Shown here one piece after another: positions 1 through 8,824 of a stretch of 64,000 nucleotides of DNA. The notes below the pieces were generated by a model. The model saw only the letters and a program-made list of their open reading frames with translations, was not told where the DNA came from and did not search any database. The stretch comes from Treponemataceae bacterium (GTDB lineage: Bacteria; Spirochaetota; Spirochaetia; Treponematales; Rectinemataceae): contig CAXXGJ010000012.1 in the NCBI GenBank assembly GCA_963677895.2, positions 1-64,000 of the forward strand, in the 5' to 3' direction. The position numbers were made by a program, and so were the translations under genes. Position 1 is the stretch's first letter, and every line of letters begins with the position of its first letter.

Positions 1-2
1 CC

Positions 3-827
3 TCGGGGGAGAAGACCTCCAACGGCGTCATCAACATGAATCCCTGCACAACGAAGAGCTTTACTCCTATCACCGAATTGATGAAAGCGAGGGGCAGGAA
101 GGTGGGCATCGTCTCCAGCGGCTCGCTGGACAGCGCCACGCCCGCCGCCTTCTACGCGTCGGCGCCTTCCCGCGACGACAATTACGATATAGCGCTTCAG
201 CTGGCCAACAGCGCTTTCGATTTCTTTGGAGGGGGGAATTTCAGCGATCCCCTGGGGGCGAACGACGCTCAGGCGAGCGTTTTCGACGTCGCCCAGAGCA
301 GAGGATTCACCATAGCCGATACCAAGGCCGAAATACTGGGACTTACACCCTCCGATGTCCCGGCGCTCGCGGTCGGCTCATCCACCTCGCTTCCCTACCT
401 GATCGATAAGAACGCGAGCGATCCTACCCTCGCCGAGTTCACGCGAATTGCCATCGATCTTCTCGATGGCGATGGGGGATTCTTCATAATGGCGGAGAGC
501 GCGAAGATCGATTCGGCGAGCCATAGCAACAATGCCCTGCGTATGATACCCGAAGTGATAGCCCTGGACGTGGCGATCGCCGAGGCGTTCGCGTTCTACG
601 GCGAACACCCTGGTGAAACGCTCATCGTCGTGACGAGCGACCACGAGACGGGCGGCTTGACGATCGCCGAAGGCGAAAGCTTCGACTATAGCCGATTCTC
701 ATGGTCGACGAGCGGCCACACCGGACAGGACGTCAGAGTCTTCGCCCTCGGCGTCGGCCAGGAAATCTTCGAGGGAGCCTACGACAACACCGGCATTTTC
801 AAAAGGCTGGAAGTCATGCTGGAATAG
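3..827 (+). CDS. Alkaline phosphatase (5'-truncated by window edge)
   Basis: Motifs ATPAAFYA, MAESAKIDSASHSNN, TSDHETGG, GHTGQDV. The frame is open from position 3 (SGEKTSNGVIN) upstream of the listed ATG. Confidence 0.88.
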   Translation, partial: SGEKTSNGVINMNPCTTKSFTPITELMKARGRKVGIVSSGSLDSATPAAFYASAPSRDDNYDIALQLANSAFDFFGGGNFSDPLGANDAQASVFDVAQSRGFTIADTKAEILGLTPSDVPALAVGSSTSLPYLIDKNASDPTLAEFTRIAIDLLDGDGGFFIMAESAKIDSASHSNNALRMIPEVIALDVAIAEAFAFYGEHPGETLIVVTSDHETGGLTIAEGESFDYSRFSWSTSGHTGQDVRVFALGVGQEIFEGAYDNTGIFKRLEVMLE

Positions 828-1686
828 AGCTGTTTCGCTCAACGCTCGTCGCGATGCCCGCCACATACTTCAGCGCGGCTGACGCCGTCGCCGGCGAGGT
901 GTTTTCCAGCAGGACATCGATGAAGGGCTTCTTCGCCTGAAGGATCCTGAAAAAAGAAGCGAAGTCGAAGACGCCGGCCCCCGCGGCCACGGCCTCGGAC
1001 TTCCGGCCTTCCTCGAATCGAAAATCCTTGGCGTGGATGACGACGATGCGCGGCCCGAAGGCCTCGAAGGCGCGCGCGAAAAAGCTGGCCTGGCTTTCGT
1101 CGAGTCCGGTCCGCGGAATCAAATTTACGGGATCGAAGATGATCCGCAGCGCGGGCGAGTCTATTCTCGCGATGAGCGCTTCTGTCTTCTCGATGCTGGA
1201 AACCGTATGCTGATCGGCGACGGGTTCGATGCCGACGATGGATCCGCAGGCCTCGGCGACGCGGACGAGGCGTTCGACGGAGCCGCAGAGCCTGTCGAAG
1301 GTAGCCTGGCTCCGCGTTTCCGGATGGTAAGAGCAGTCGGGGTTGAGCGAACCCGTTTCCGTGCCGACGACGGGGCAGCCGAAATCGCGCGCGAAGCGCA
1401 GGTGTTCCTCGAATCTCCGCAGCTGCCGCTCAAGCTCGTCGCCGTCGGGATGCACCGGGTTTATATAGCAACCGAGCACGGCTATGCCGATGTCGCGGCG
1501 GGCGAAAGCCTCCCTTACCCTGCGGGCATAGCCTGGACTGAGGAACCCATATCCCGCCGGCGTATCGGGGAAAGCCTTCGCCAGCGCGAGTTGAATGGAA
1601 GCCGGCTTGAAGACTTGGAGCCTTTCGGCCAGGATTTCCGCCGGGAAGCAGCCGAAATCGTGCGCGCGTAGTCCGAATTGCAGCAT
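814..1686 (-). CDS. Sugar phosphate isomerase/epimerase (xylose isomerase-like TIM barrel)
   Basis: GLRAHDF, GCYINPVHPD, VGTETG, IEPV, IIFDPVN, IHAKD metal-binding pattern; ATG at 1686. Confidence 0.85.
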   Translation of the reverse strand: MLQFGLRAHDFGCFPAEILAERLQVFKPASIQLALAKAFPDTPAGYGFLSPGYARRVREAFARRDIGIAVLGCYINPVHPDGDELERQLRRFEEHLRFARDFGCPVVGTETGSLNPDCSYHPETRSQATFDRLCGSVERLVRVAEACGSIVGIEPVADQHTVSSIEKTEALIARIDSPALRIIFDPVNLIPRTGLDESQASFFARAFEAFGPRIVVIHAKDFRFEEGRKSEAVAAGAGVFDFASFFRILQAKKPFIDVLLENTSPATASAALKYVAGIATSVERNSSIPA

Positions 1687-1764
1687 GACCACACTGTAGC
1701 GAAGTTTCGGCTATTCTGTAAACGTAAATATCGCGCAAGAATATCTCGCAAATGGTGCTGTTTA

Positions 1765-1794
1765 TTGACAAGAAGCATGGAGTGGTGTTATATT
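1765..1794 (+). promoter_or_regulatory. Sigma70-type promoter for the lipoprotein gene
   Basis: TTGACA (1765-1770), about 18 nt spacer, TATATT; AGGAGA RBS before ATG 1826. Confidence 0.55.
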
Positions 1795-1825
1795 TCGCAC
1801 AATTCTTCCGCTATAGGAGATTTTT

Positions 1826-2197
1826 ATGAAGATGAAGAGTCTTATTGCGATTCTCGTGATCGCCCTTCTTGCGGTTTCCTGCGCTCCCAAACAGGCAAAA
1901 GTCGCCGAAGCGGCGCCTGTGGCTGCCGCGGTGGCTCCTGCCGATATCAAGGACGTCGCTACCTGGATTTCCACCTACGACGGCGTCATCGCCCAGTACG
2001 CCGATGTCGCTGCCAAGATGAACGGCGGCGATTCCAGCCAGCTTGCCAAGAGCGAGGAATTGATGAAGACCGCTTCCGAACTCGACGCCGTGGCCGAGAC
2101 CATCAAGGGCACGCTCGCCGATCAGGCGCTCACCGATTTCACCGCCAAGATGCAGGAGTACAAAGACAAGTTCGCTTCTTCGGCGTCGGCGAACTAA
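1826..2197 (+). CDS. Hypothetical lipoprotein
   Basis: Signal peptide with lipobox LAVS-C, Ala/Pro linker, helical C-terminal part, RBS, downstream terminator. Confidence 0.8.
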   Translation: MKMKSLIAILVIALLAVSCAPKQAKVAEAAPVAAAVAPADIKDVATWISTYDGVIAQYADVAAKMNGGDSSQLAKSEELMKTASELDAVAETIKGTLADQALTDFTAKMQEYKDKFASSASAN

Positions 2198-2238
2198 AGT
2201 CACCCACGAGAGCGCCCGCATCGAGCGCCTCAAACGAG

Positions 2239-2269
2239 AAAACCCGCGGCCTTCGCCGCGGGTTTTTTT
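2239..2269 (+). terminator. Rho-independent terminator
   Basis: AAAACCCGCGGC-CTTC-GCCGCGGGTTTT followed by a T run. Confidence 0.85.
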
Positions 2270-2355
2270 ATGATTCGCTTCTTTTCCGGCGAGGCGCTTT
2301 TGCATCAGGCGAGGCACTTTTACCGAAAGCCCAAGCGAAGTATGCTGGCATCACG

Positions 2356-2814
2356 ATGAATCCAACCGATCTTTCAATGCTGGCGATCTTTCTCGGCCTT
2401 TTCGTCCTTTTCGCGCTGGGACTTTTTCTGGGCCTGTCCCTGGGGCGGCGCAACGGCCGCCTGGAATCGGAACGGGATCTTTCGGGGCGGCTGGAAGCGG
2501 AACGCGAAGACGCGGTCAAGCGTTCGAGGGCCGTCGTGGGAGGTCAGGTGGCCGAACAGCTCGCCCCCTACCTGCCCGATTTTCCCTGCGATCCCGGCGA
2601 CGCCCGATTCGTGGGCAAGCCTGTCGATTTCGTATGCTTCAGCGGCGCCGGAGGCGGTGCCGCTGGCGCGGCCTCCGGCGGCGAGGTCAGCGAGATAATC
2701 TTCGTGGAAGTGAAATCCGGGGGATCCGGCCTGTCACGGACCGAAAAAAGCATCAGGGACGCCATCGTGGCCGGCAGGGTCCGCTGGGTCGAATACCGAA
2801 TTCCCCAGGATTGA
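2356..2814 (+). CDS. Holliday junction resolvase-like endonuclease (Endonuc_Holl-type) with N-terminal TM helix
   Basis: DAVKRSRAVVGGQVAEQLAPYLPDF, ARFVGKPVDFVCF, IIFVEVKSG (PD-(D/E)xK); hydrophobic N-terminus. Start placed at ATG 2356, not 1678. Confidence 0.8.
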   Translation: MNPTDLSMLAIFLGLFVLFALGLFLGLSLGRRNGRLESERDLSGRLEAEREDAVKRSRAVVGGQVAEQLAPYLPDFPCDPGDARFVGKPVDFVCFSGAGGGAAGAASGGEVSEIIFVEVKSGGSGLSRTEKSIRDAIVAGRVRWVEYRIPQD

Positions 2815-2854
2815 GCGCCCCGGGACTGCCCCGAGGTCGCCCCGCTTCAAACCT

Positions 2855-4537
2855 TCAGGCCTCCATGTTCTTGTAGCGCTTCGCGGCGTATTTCGGGAAG
2901 AATTTGACCCATACGAGTATCGGGATCATGAAGACTACGCCGAAAATCATCGCGTAGGCATAGCGAGGCAAGGCTATCACGGCGCTCAGGCCGGACAATC
3001 CCCCGATCAGCCCCATCGTCGCCAGTATGGCTATGCTTGAATTGGGATTCTGTTTCATGGCGGCTAAGGGGTTGTCCCAGCGGAGGCGCGGCCAGGTCAC
3101 GTCTAGCCAGAGGCCGGCCATGTTGAGGGCTGTGGAGAACAGGAGGGCCAGAAGCAAGGCGATGAGGCTGTCCAGCGCGCCGATTCCGAACAGCAGAGCC
3201 CCGGCGCCGCAGCCGATGAAGGCTCCGAGAAGGGCAAAAAGCTCCGCGTGGAGCAGTTTCGCCGCGAAATACCAGGTCGGCTTTAGGGGCATGGACTTTA
3301 TCCAGGGCAGGGCCTTCGCGTCCCTCGAGACGGCGGTGCTGGTGATGCTGGAGGATGAGCCCAGAAAACCGCCGAAGGCCGCCGGGATGAGATAGGCGCC
3401 GGGACCTGCCAGCATGGGGCCCAGGCTCTTCATGGCTTCGGACAGGATTTCGCGCTGCGCCAGGTAGACGACGGCCATAAGGGCCGGCATGAGGATCATG
3501 ACAAAGGGTCCATTCAGAAGGTACATGGGCTCGCGGTTCATGAGCCGGATTTCCCTGGCCACAAGGCTGCGCATCAGGGATTTTTGCGTGAATGTCCGCC
3601 GTCCCTCCCGTCCTTTTCCGTCCATGGAAAGCTTCTTCTTCGAAAACGTCGATTCGTTGAAGGACCGGAGGCTCCGCACGTAACCGTTGCCGAGCAGGAC
3701 GACGACGACGGCGCAGCCGGCCAGGCCGATGGCCAGATTGCCCAGGACGGCGAGAATGCCCGTGATGCTGGAAGCTTCCGACAGCGCCTTCCATGCCAGC
3801 CACGAGGGAATCCACGCCTGGCCCAGCCGCGAGATCAGGGAACCGGAGTCGACATAGAGCGCCAGGCTGGCCGGCGCGCCGATCTTGGTCATGGCCGATT
3901 GTATGTAGAAATTGAAGGCGAGGGCGAAGCCCGTGCCGAGAAAGCCGCCCAGGTAGATGATGAAGTTCTTGCTCCTGAACAGTCTGGACGCGTTCATCAA
4001 GGGCACGAGGATGAGATAGGAGATGGCGGTCGGCAGGAGGGGCAGGGTGAAGGCCGTCACGAGCCCGTTCACGTAGAACATGAAGGGCGGGGCCTCCTTT
4101 ATGCCGTAGATCACGATCGCGATAGCCATGACGAAGACGCCCATCAAGGCCTCCGCGAAATAGACGAGGAACATCTTCGCGGCGAGAAGCTCCCTGGAAG
4201 AGAAGGGCAGGACGAGAAAGCCCGATTCGATGCCCGATTGCGAGAACATGGAGAGCGCCATCATGAAAGCCATGACGAAGACAAGCACCGAAGCCGTGAT
4301 GGAGGCGTTGAGGAGCATCAGTCCCTGCATGCCGGCGGGTTTGAGCCCATCGTACATCGTCATGTTCATCATGACGAACATGAAACCGACATCGGCGAGA
4401 ATGAGGACAATGCCTATGCCGATTCCTATGGTTTTGGCGAGCTTCTTCGGCTTTTTCAGTTCCTTCCACGAGGGGAGGGACAGGCTGAAAGTGCTTTTGA
4501 TATAGAGGATGGCGAGGCTGACTATGCGCGACCTCAT
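2855..4537 (-). CDS. ABC exporter permease (ABC-2-like multi-TM protein)
   Basis: Many TM helices; ATG overlaps the TGA of the upstream ATPase (ATGA). Confidence 0.8.
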   Translation of the reverse strand: MRSRIVSLAILYIKSTFSLSLPSWKELKKPKKLAKTIGIGIGIVLILADVGFMFVMMNMTMYDGLKPAGMQGLMLLNASITASVLVFVMAFMMALSMFSQSGIESGFLVLPFSSRELLAAKMFLVYFAEALMGVFVMAIAIVIYGIKEAPPFMFYVNGLVTAFTLPLLPTAISYLILVPLMNASRLFRSKNFIIYLGGFLGTGFALAFNFYIQSAMTKIGAPASLALYVDSGSLISRLGQAWIPSWLAWKALSEASSITGILAVLGNLAIGLAGCAVVVVLLGNGYVRSLRSFNESTFSKKKLSMDGKGREGRRTFTQKSLMRSLVAREIRLMNREPMYLLNGPFVMILMPALMAVVYLAQREILSEAMKSLGPMLAGPGAYLIPAAFGGFLGSSSSITSTAVSRDAKALPWIKSMPLKPTWYFAAKLLHAELFALLGAFIGCGAGALLFGIGALDSLIALLLALLFSTALNMAGLWLDVTWPRLRWDNPLAAMKQNPNSSIAILATMGLIGGLSGLSAVIALPRYAYAMIFGVVFMIPILVWVKFFPKYAAKRYKNMEA

Positions 4538-5292
4538 AGAGCCGCTTCTCCGTTCGACGAATCGACGAGCTGGAGGAAAAGACTCTCCAAGCTGTCCCCG
4601 GCTTCGTTCGCCGATGTTCTCTTGCTCCTCAACTCCGCCATGGTGCCCCTGAAAATTATCCTGCCCTTGTTGATGATCGCCAGCTCGTCGCAGACTTTTT
4701 CCGCCACCTCCATGACGTGCGTGGAAAAGAAGACACATTTGCCGGCTTTCGTGCGTTCCCGCATGATTTCCTTGAGTTCGAAGGCCGCCTGCGGATCGAG
4801 GCCCACCATGGGCTCGTCCAGCACCCAGTCCTGGGGGTCGTGCAGGAGGCTCGCGAGAACGCCCAGCTTCTGCTTCATGCCCCTGCTCAGGCTTCCGATG
4901 GGCGAGGCGAGCGCGTCGGTGAGGCTGAAGCGCTTCGCGTATTCCGCTATACTCGCCCTGCGTGCCTCCGTCGTCACGCCGAATACGTCGGCGACGAAAT
5001 CAAGATACTCGTAGGCCTTGAGCCTGTTGAAAAGCTCGGGGTTGTCGTGGACGAGACCGATGTGCCGTTTCGCTTCCAGAGGGCTTTCCTTCATGGAAAC
5101 GCCGTCTATGAGGATGTCGCCGCCGTCGGGTTCGAGCGCCCCGCAGAGGATGCGTATCGTAGTCGTCTTGCCCGCGCCATTCGGCCCGAGAAAACCGAAA
5201 ATCCTGCCGTCGGGAATGGTCAGCGACAAGGAATCCACCGCCTTGTTTTCGCTCTTCGCGTAGGTCTTCGAAATACCGGTCAGTTCGATCAC
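4534..5292 (-). CDS. ABC transporter ATP-binding protein
   Basis: GPNGAGKTT, LSRGMKQK, WVLDEP, STH; GTG start after AAGGAG. Confidence 0.92.
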   Translation of the reverse strand: MIELTGISKTYAKSENKAVDSLSLTIPDGRIFGFLGPNGAGKTTTIRILCGALEPDGGDILIDGVSMKESPLEAKRHIGLVHDNPELFNRLKAYEYLDFVADVFGVTTEARRASIAEYAKRFSLTDALASPIGSLSRGMKQKLGVLASLLHDPQDWVLDEPMVGLDPQAAFELKEIMRERTKAGKCVFFSTHVMEVAEKVCDELAIINKGRIIFRGTMAELRSKRTSANEAGDSLESLFLQLVDSSNGEAAL

Positions 5293-5451
5293 GTTTTTCT
5301 CCTTAGTCCCGGGCTCTCGCCCTTTCACGGTTGGTATAATATCGCATCAGCCAACGCTGTGGAAGGATTTCGATAAAAAAATATGCATAGTGAGGCTTGG
5401 AGTCAATTAACCGCTTCCACGTTTTTCAAAGCCGGTGCATAATGGAAAACC

Positions 5452-6375
5452 ATGGCGACCGTCCCGATCAGCGCAGACTCGAGCCCCAGCGTCGTGCTCG
5501 AGCTGCTGTACAGCATGAAAGTGAAACACGCGATGACTGCCGAGGTGATCACCGCGGCGCCCTCATCCAGCCTGCGCGACGTGCAGAAGCTCATGCGGGA
5601 CAACGCCATCACCGGCATACCCATCGTCGAAGACGGGCGCCTGCGGGGCATCGTGTCGATCGGCGATATCATCGGCGCCCTCGATTCGGGCAGCATCGAT
5701 CACCCCGCTTCGGAACTCATGACGAATTCGCTGGTGACCCTCGACGATGAGATGCCGCTTTCCTTCGCGGTGACCTATTTCGATCGCTATAAATTCGGCC
5801 GTTTTCCCGTTCTGGACGCCACGGGAAGACTTTGCGGAATCATAACGGCCTCCGATATCCTCAGAAGGCTGCTTATCGCCCTGAACGAGGAAATCGGCAG
5901 GATGGAGCAGCGCATAGCCGGCCGGCATTCCGAGAAGGAAGGGCCCATTCCCGCGGTGGAACTCAACTTTGGCACCTCGCCCCTCGATTTTTCCAGGGCG
6001 GGCAACGCGAGCGCCCGGTTCAAGAAGGCGATCGTGGAGAGAGGCTGTCCGCCGCCCATAGCGAGGAAGGTGGCCGTCGCCTCCTACGAGCTGGAACTCA
6101 ACCAGGTCATTCATTCCACGGGCGGCAGCATGCGGATGCGCGTCTATGACGATACGATCGAGATATTGGCCCAGGATGAGGGACCCGGCATCCCCGACGT
6201 GGAGCTCGCGATGCGGGAAGGCTATTCCACCGCGAACGAGTGGGTGCGTTCCCTCGGCTTCGGCGCGGGGATGGGGCTTCCGAACGTAAAGCGGGTGGCC
6301 GACGAATTCTCGATCCAGTCCGAGATGGGGAAGGGCACCACCGTCAGGGCGGTGATTCTCTGGAATAAAACCTAA
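5452..6375 (+). CDS. CBS-pair domain fused to anti-sigma-factor/RsbT-like Ser/Thr kinase (HATPase_c)
   Basis: Two CBS repeats in the N-terminal half; C-terminal YELELNQVIHS, DEGPGI, GFGAGMGLPNVKR, GKGTTV. Confidence 0.85.
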   Translation: MATVPISADSSPSVVLELLYSMKVKHAMTAEVITAAPSSSLRDVQKLMRDNAITGIPIVEDGRLRGIVSIGDIIGALDSGSIDHPASELMTNSLVTLDDEMPLSFAVTYFDRYKFGRFPVLDATGRLCGIITASDILRRLLIALNEEIGRMEQRIAGRHSEKEGPIPAVELNFGTSPLDFSRAGNASARFKKAIVERGCPPPIARKVAVASYELELNQVIHSTGGSMRMRVYDDTIEILAQDEGPGIPDVELAMREGYSTANEWVRSLGFGAGMGLPNVKRVADEFSIQSEMGKGTTVRAVILWNKT

Positions 6376-6412
6376 ACGAAACTGAACAAAAAATGAATAA
6401 AAAGGAGGGGTC

Positions 6413-6745
6413 ATGCGCATCAGGGATATTTCGGTTCTCGTGGACGCGGAGATTGTGCAGGGAGTCTACGAGGAGAGCGACATAGAAGGCGGCTATACTT
6501 CCGATCTTCTGTCCGATGTCATGGCCCACGCCAAGGCCCAGGAAGTCCTCATCACCATCCAAGCCCACAAGAATACCGTGGCGGTGGCCGGACTCGTCGG
6601 CGCTCCCGCCATAATTATCTGCAACGGCCGGCCCATGCCGGAAGACATGATCGAGGCGGCCAGGGACGAAGGGATCGCCCTCATGCGCAGCGAGCTCACC
6701 CAGTACGAAGTGTCGGGCAGGCTTTGGAAAGCCCTTCGCGGCTGA
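6413..6745 (+). CDS. DRTGG domain protein
   Basis: GGYTSDLLSDVMA, VLITIQAHKNTVAVA; GGAGGG RBS. Confidence 0.82.
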   Translation: MRIRDISVLVDAEIVQGVYEESDIEGGYTSDLLSDVMAHAKAQEVLITIQAHKNTVAVAGLVGAPAIIICNGRPMPEDMIEAARDEGIALMRSELTQYEVSGRLWKALRG

Positions 6746-6758
6746 AGCGCGGATTCCG

Positions 6759-7736
6759 ATGGGCGTAACGCGCCTGCGCGCCGATCTGCACAATCATTCC
6801 TGCCTCAGTCCCTGCGCCGATCTCTCCATGTCGCCCACGCTCATGGCCAGGACGGCCCGCGCCCGCGGCGTCGATATCCTGGCCCTCACGGATCACAACG
6901 CGTCCATGAACTGCGGGGCTTTCGCCATCGCCTGCGCGCGGGAAGGCGTCATCCCCTTATTCGGCATGGAGATGAACTCCTCCGAGGAAGTCCACATTCT
7001 CGCCCTTTTCCCCACGCCCCGCGAAGCACTCACCTTCGGGGCCGAACTCCATTCCCTGATTCCCGAGCTTCCCTGGGATTCAGGCGCCTTCGGCGACCAG
7101 GCTGTGGTGGATGAGGACGAGGGCGTGCTCGAACTGCACGGACGCTGGCTCGGCGCCGCCCTGGACGCGCCCTTCGGCGACCTCGCCTCTAAGGCGCGCC
7201 TCGCCGGGGCCCTTGTCATCCCGGCCCACGTCGATCGCGGCATGTTCTCCGTGTACAGCCAGCTCGGGTTTCTCCCCCCCGGCCCCTACGACGCCGTCGA
7301 ATCCATGGGTCCGCCTCCGGCCTTCCTCACCGGCGGCCACTGCGCGATCTCCGGTTCCGACGCCCATTATCCCGAACATCTGGGCCGGCGGCCCTTCCTT
7401 GTCGACATGGACGGGGCCCCTGTGGAGAAGATGAGACGTGCCATGGCTGATTATGGGGATGCCCTCGCGGCTTACGGTGCGGGGCGGGGGCCTGGGGCAG
7501 CGGGGGGCCACGGGGCAGCGGCGGTTTCGGGAGACGCGGGGGAGGCCGGGGCCGCCGCCGTCAAGGAAGGTTGGAACGGCCCCGAGGCCGCCTTCCTGGG
7601 CTATCCGAGCCTGTTGTCGGACCCTCGCCTGGACTTGTACCCCGCCGTCGAAGCCAGGAATTTCATGGAAAACCTGAGGGAAGCCCTGCGCGGCGGGAAG
7701 GTGATCCCCACCCACCTGGCGCATTCCCTCATCTAG
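6759..7736 (+). CDS. PHP domain phosphoesterase
   Basis: DLHNHSCLSPC, ALTDHN, EEVHIL, PAHVDR, SDAH. Confidence 0.88.
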   Translation: MGVTRLRADLHNHSCLSPCADLSMSPTLMARTARARGVDILALTDHNASMNCGAFAIACAREGVIPLFGMEMNSSEEVHILALFPTPREALTFGAELHSLIPELPWDSGAFGDQAVVDEDEGVLELHGRWLGAALDAPFGDLASKARLAGALVIPAHVDRGMFSVYSQLGFLPPGPYDAVESMGPPPAFLTGGHCAISGSDAHYPEHLGRRPFLVDMDGAPVEKMRRAMADYGDALAAYGAGRGPGAAGGHGAAAVSGDAGEAGAAAVKEGWNGPEAAFLGYPSLLSDPRLDLYPAVEARNFMENLREALRGGKVIPTHLAHSLI

Positions 7737-7743
7737 CCGCGGC

Positions 7744-7942
7744 CGCGCGTCCGGAGCACTACATAACGCGCGTCCGGAGCACTTGCGAGAGCGTTTCGCC
7801 CCCGCGGCCGCGCCTCCGGAGCACAAAATTAAAAACATTTAAGCCGCGCGTCCAGAGCACCACATAACGCGCGTCCGGAGCACAAAATAAAGCGCATCTA
7901 AGCCGCGCCTCCGGGCCACTACATAACGCGCATCCAGGGCAC
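7744..7942. repeat. Intergenic array of seven 16-bp direct repeats (consensus CGCGCGTCCGGAGCAC)
   Basis: Copies start at 7744, 7767, 7809, 7845, 7868, 7904 and 7927. Spacers are 7, 26, 20, 7, 20 and 7 nt; the 7-nt spacer is (T/C)ACATAA each time. Confidence 0.9.
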
Positions 7943-7967
7943 TAGCGGGAGCGCTTCCCCGCTCCGT

Positions 7968-8810
7968 TTATTCAGCCCACCTGATGGCGAAGCGTATCGG
8001 CTTTTCGAGCGTCAGAATGTCGAAGAAGGGTATTTTCACCTTGAAAATTTGCCCCTGCGCCGTGCCACCCGAGGACGACAAAATGGTCCGCGGCGCCGTG
8101 ATCGTCAGCTCGAGGGCGCAGGCGTCGAAAGCCGGCATGGCCTTTTTGCCGATGATCACCGTCTCGAGATTCATCCTGTATTCTTCGGCCGTTATGGGGT
8201 CTTCTTCCAGGGCTGGTGGGCTGAGGCTGTCCAGTAGCCTGCCGTCCACGCCGGGAAAAAGCGAGAAGGCGGCCGCGGCGTTCTCCCTCGTCAGCGAGAC
8301 GGAGAGCTCGCGCTGCGCGGGCAGGGAACCGGCGGCGGGGAGGGACTTCAGCGCTATCATACCCGCCGGCACGAGACTTCTGTCGTCGACGAAGGCCTGG
8401 GTATCGGGAACCCATATCACCGACGTGAGGGAATCGGGACTCGGCGCGGAGACATCGACCAGGAAAATGGATTTCCTGCCGGAGAACTCCTCCTTGAGGG
8501 CCGCCACGTCGAAAAGCTCGGATTTGGGCGAAATGCCGCCGATCTGGCGTACCCTGTCGCTCAAAGTCCCCGGAACTTCCAAACGGAGGGCCATGCGGGC
8601 GCTCATGTCGTTGCGGATCGACGTTTCGAGACGTCCGGAGCAGGACGCGAGCGTCATCGCCCACAGAACGAGGGCCGTGGCGCAAAAAAACGGCACGGCG
8701 GCCGAAAGAGCCTTAGCGGAAAAAGCCCCGGCCGTAAGTGCCCCGCGCGATGATACCCTGGAGACAGCCGATCTCTGCGTTCCGGTCATTTTCAACATCC
8801 TTCTTTCCAT
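7968..8810 (-). CDS. Hypothetical lipoprotein
   Basis: Hydrophobic stretch ending LAS-C; co-oriented directly after the cyclase gene; start uncertain. Confidence 0.65.
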   Translation of the reverse strand: MERRMLKMTGTQRSAVSRVSSRGALTAGAFSAKALSAAVPFFCATALVLWAMTLASCSGRLETSIRNDMSARMALRLEVPGTLSDRVRQIGGISPKSELFDVAALKEEFSGRKSIFLVDVSAPSPDSLTSVIWVPDTQAFVDDRSLVPAGMIALKSLPAAGSLPAQRELSVSLTRENAAAAFSLFPGVDGRLLDSLSPPALEEDPITAEEYRMNLETVIIGKKAMPAFDACALELTITAPRTILSSSGGTAQGQIFKVKIPFFDILTLEKPIRFAIRWAE

Positions 8811-8824
8811 GGAATTACTCTGGC

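Noticed and set aside
1678..2355. N-terminal extension of the 378-aa ORF 1678-2814
   Set aside because: It overlaps the lipoprotein gene in another frame and crosses a terminator; the recognisable protein starts at 2356.
7744..7942. CRISPR array
   Set aside because: The repeats are only 16 bp, the spacers are 7-26 nt and recur, and there are no cas genes in the window. Kept as a non-CRISPR repeat.
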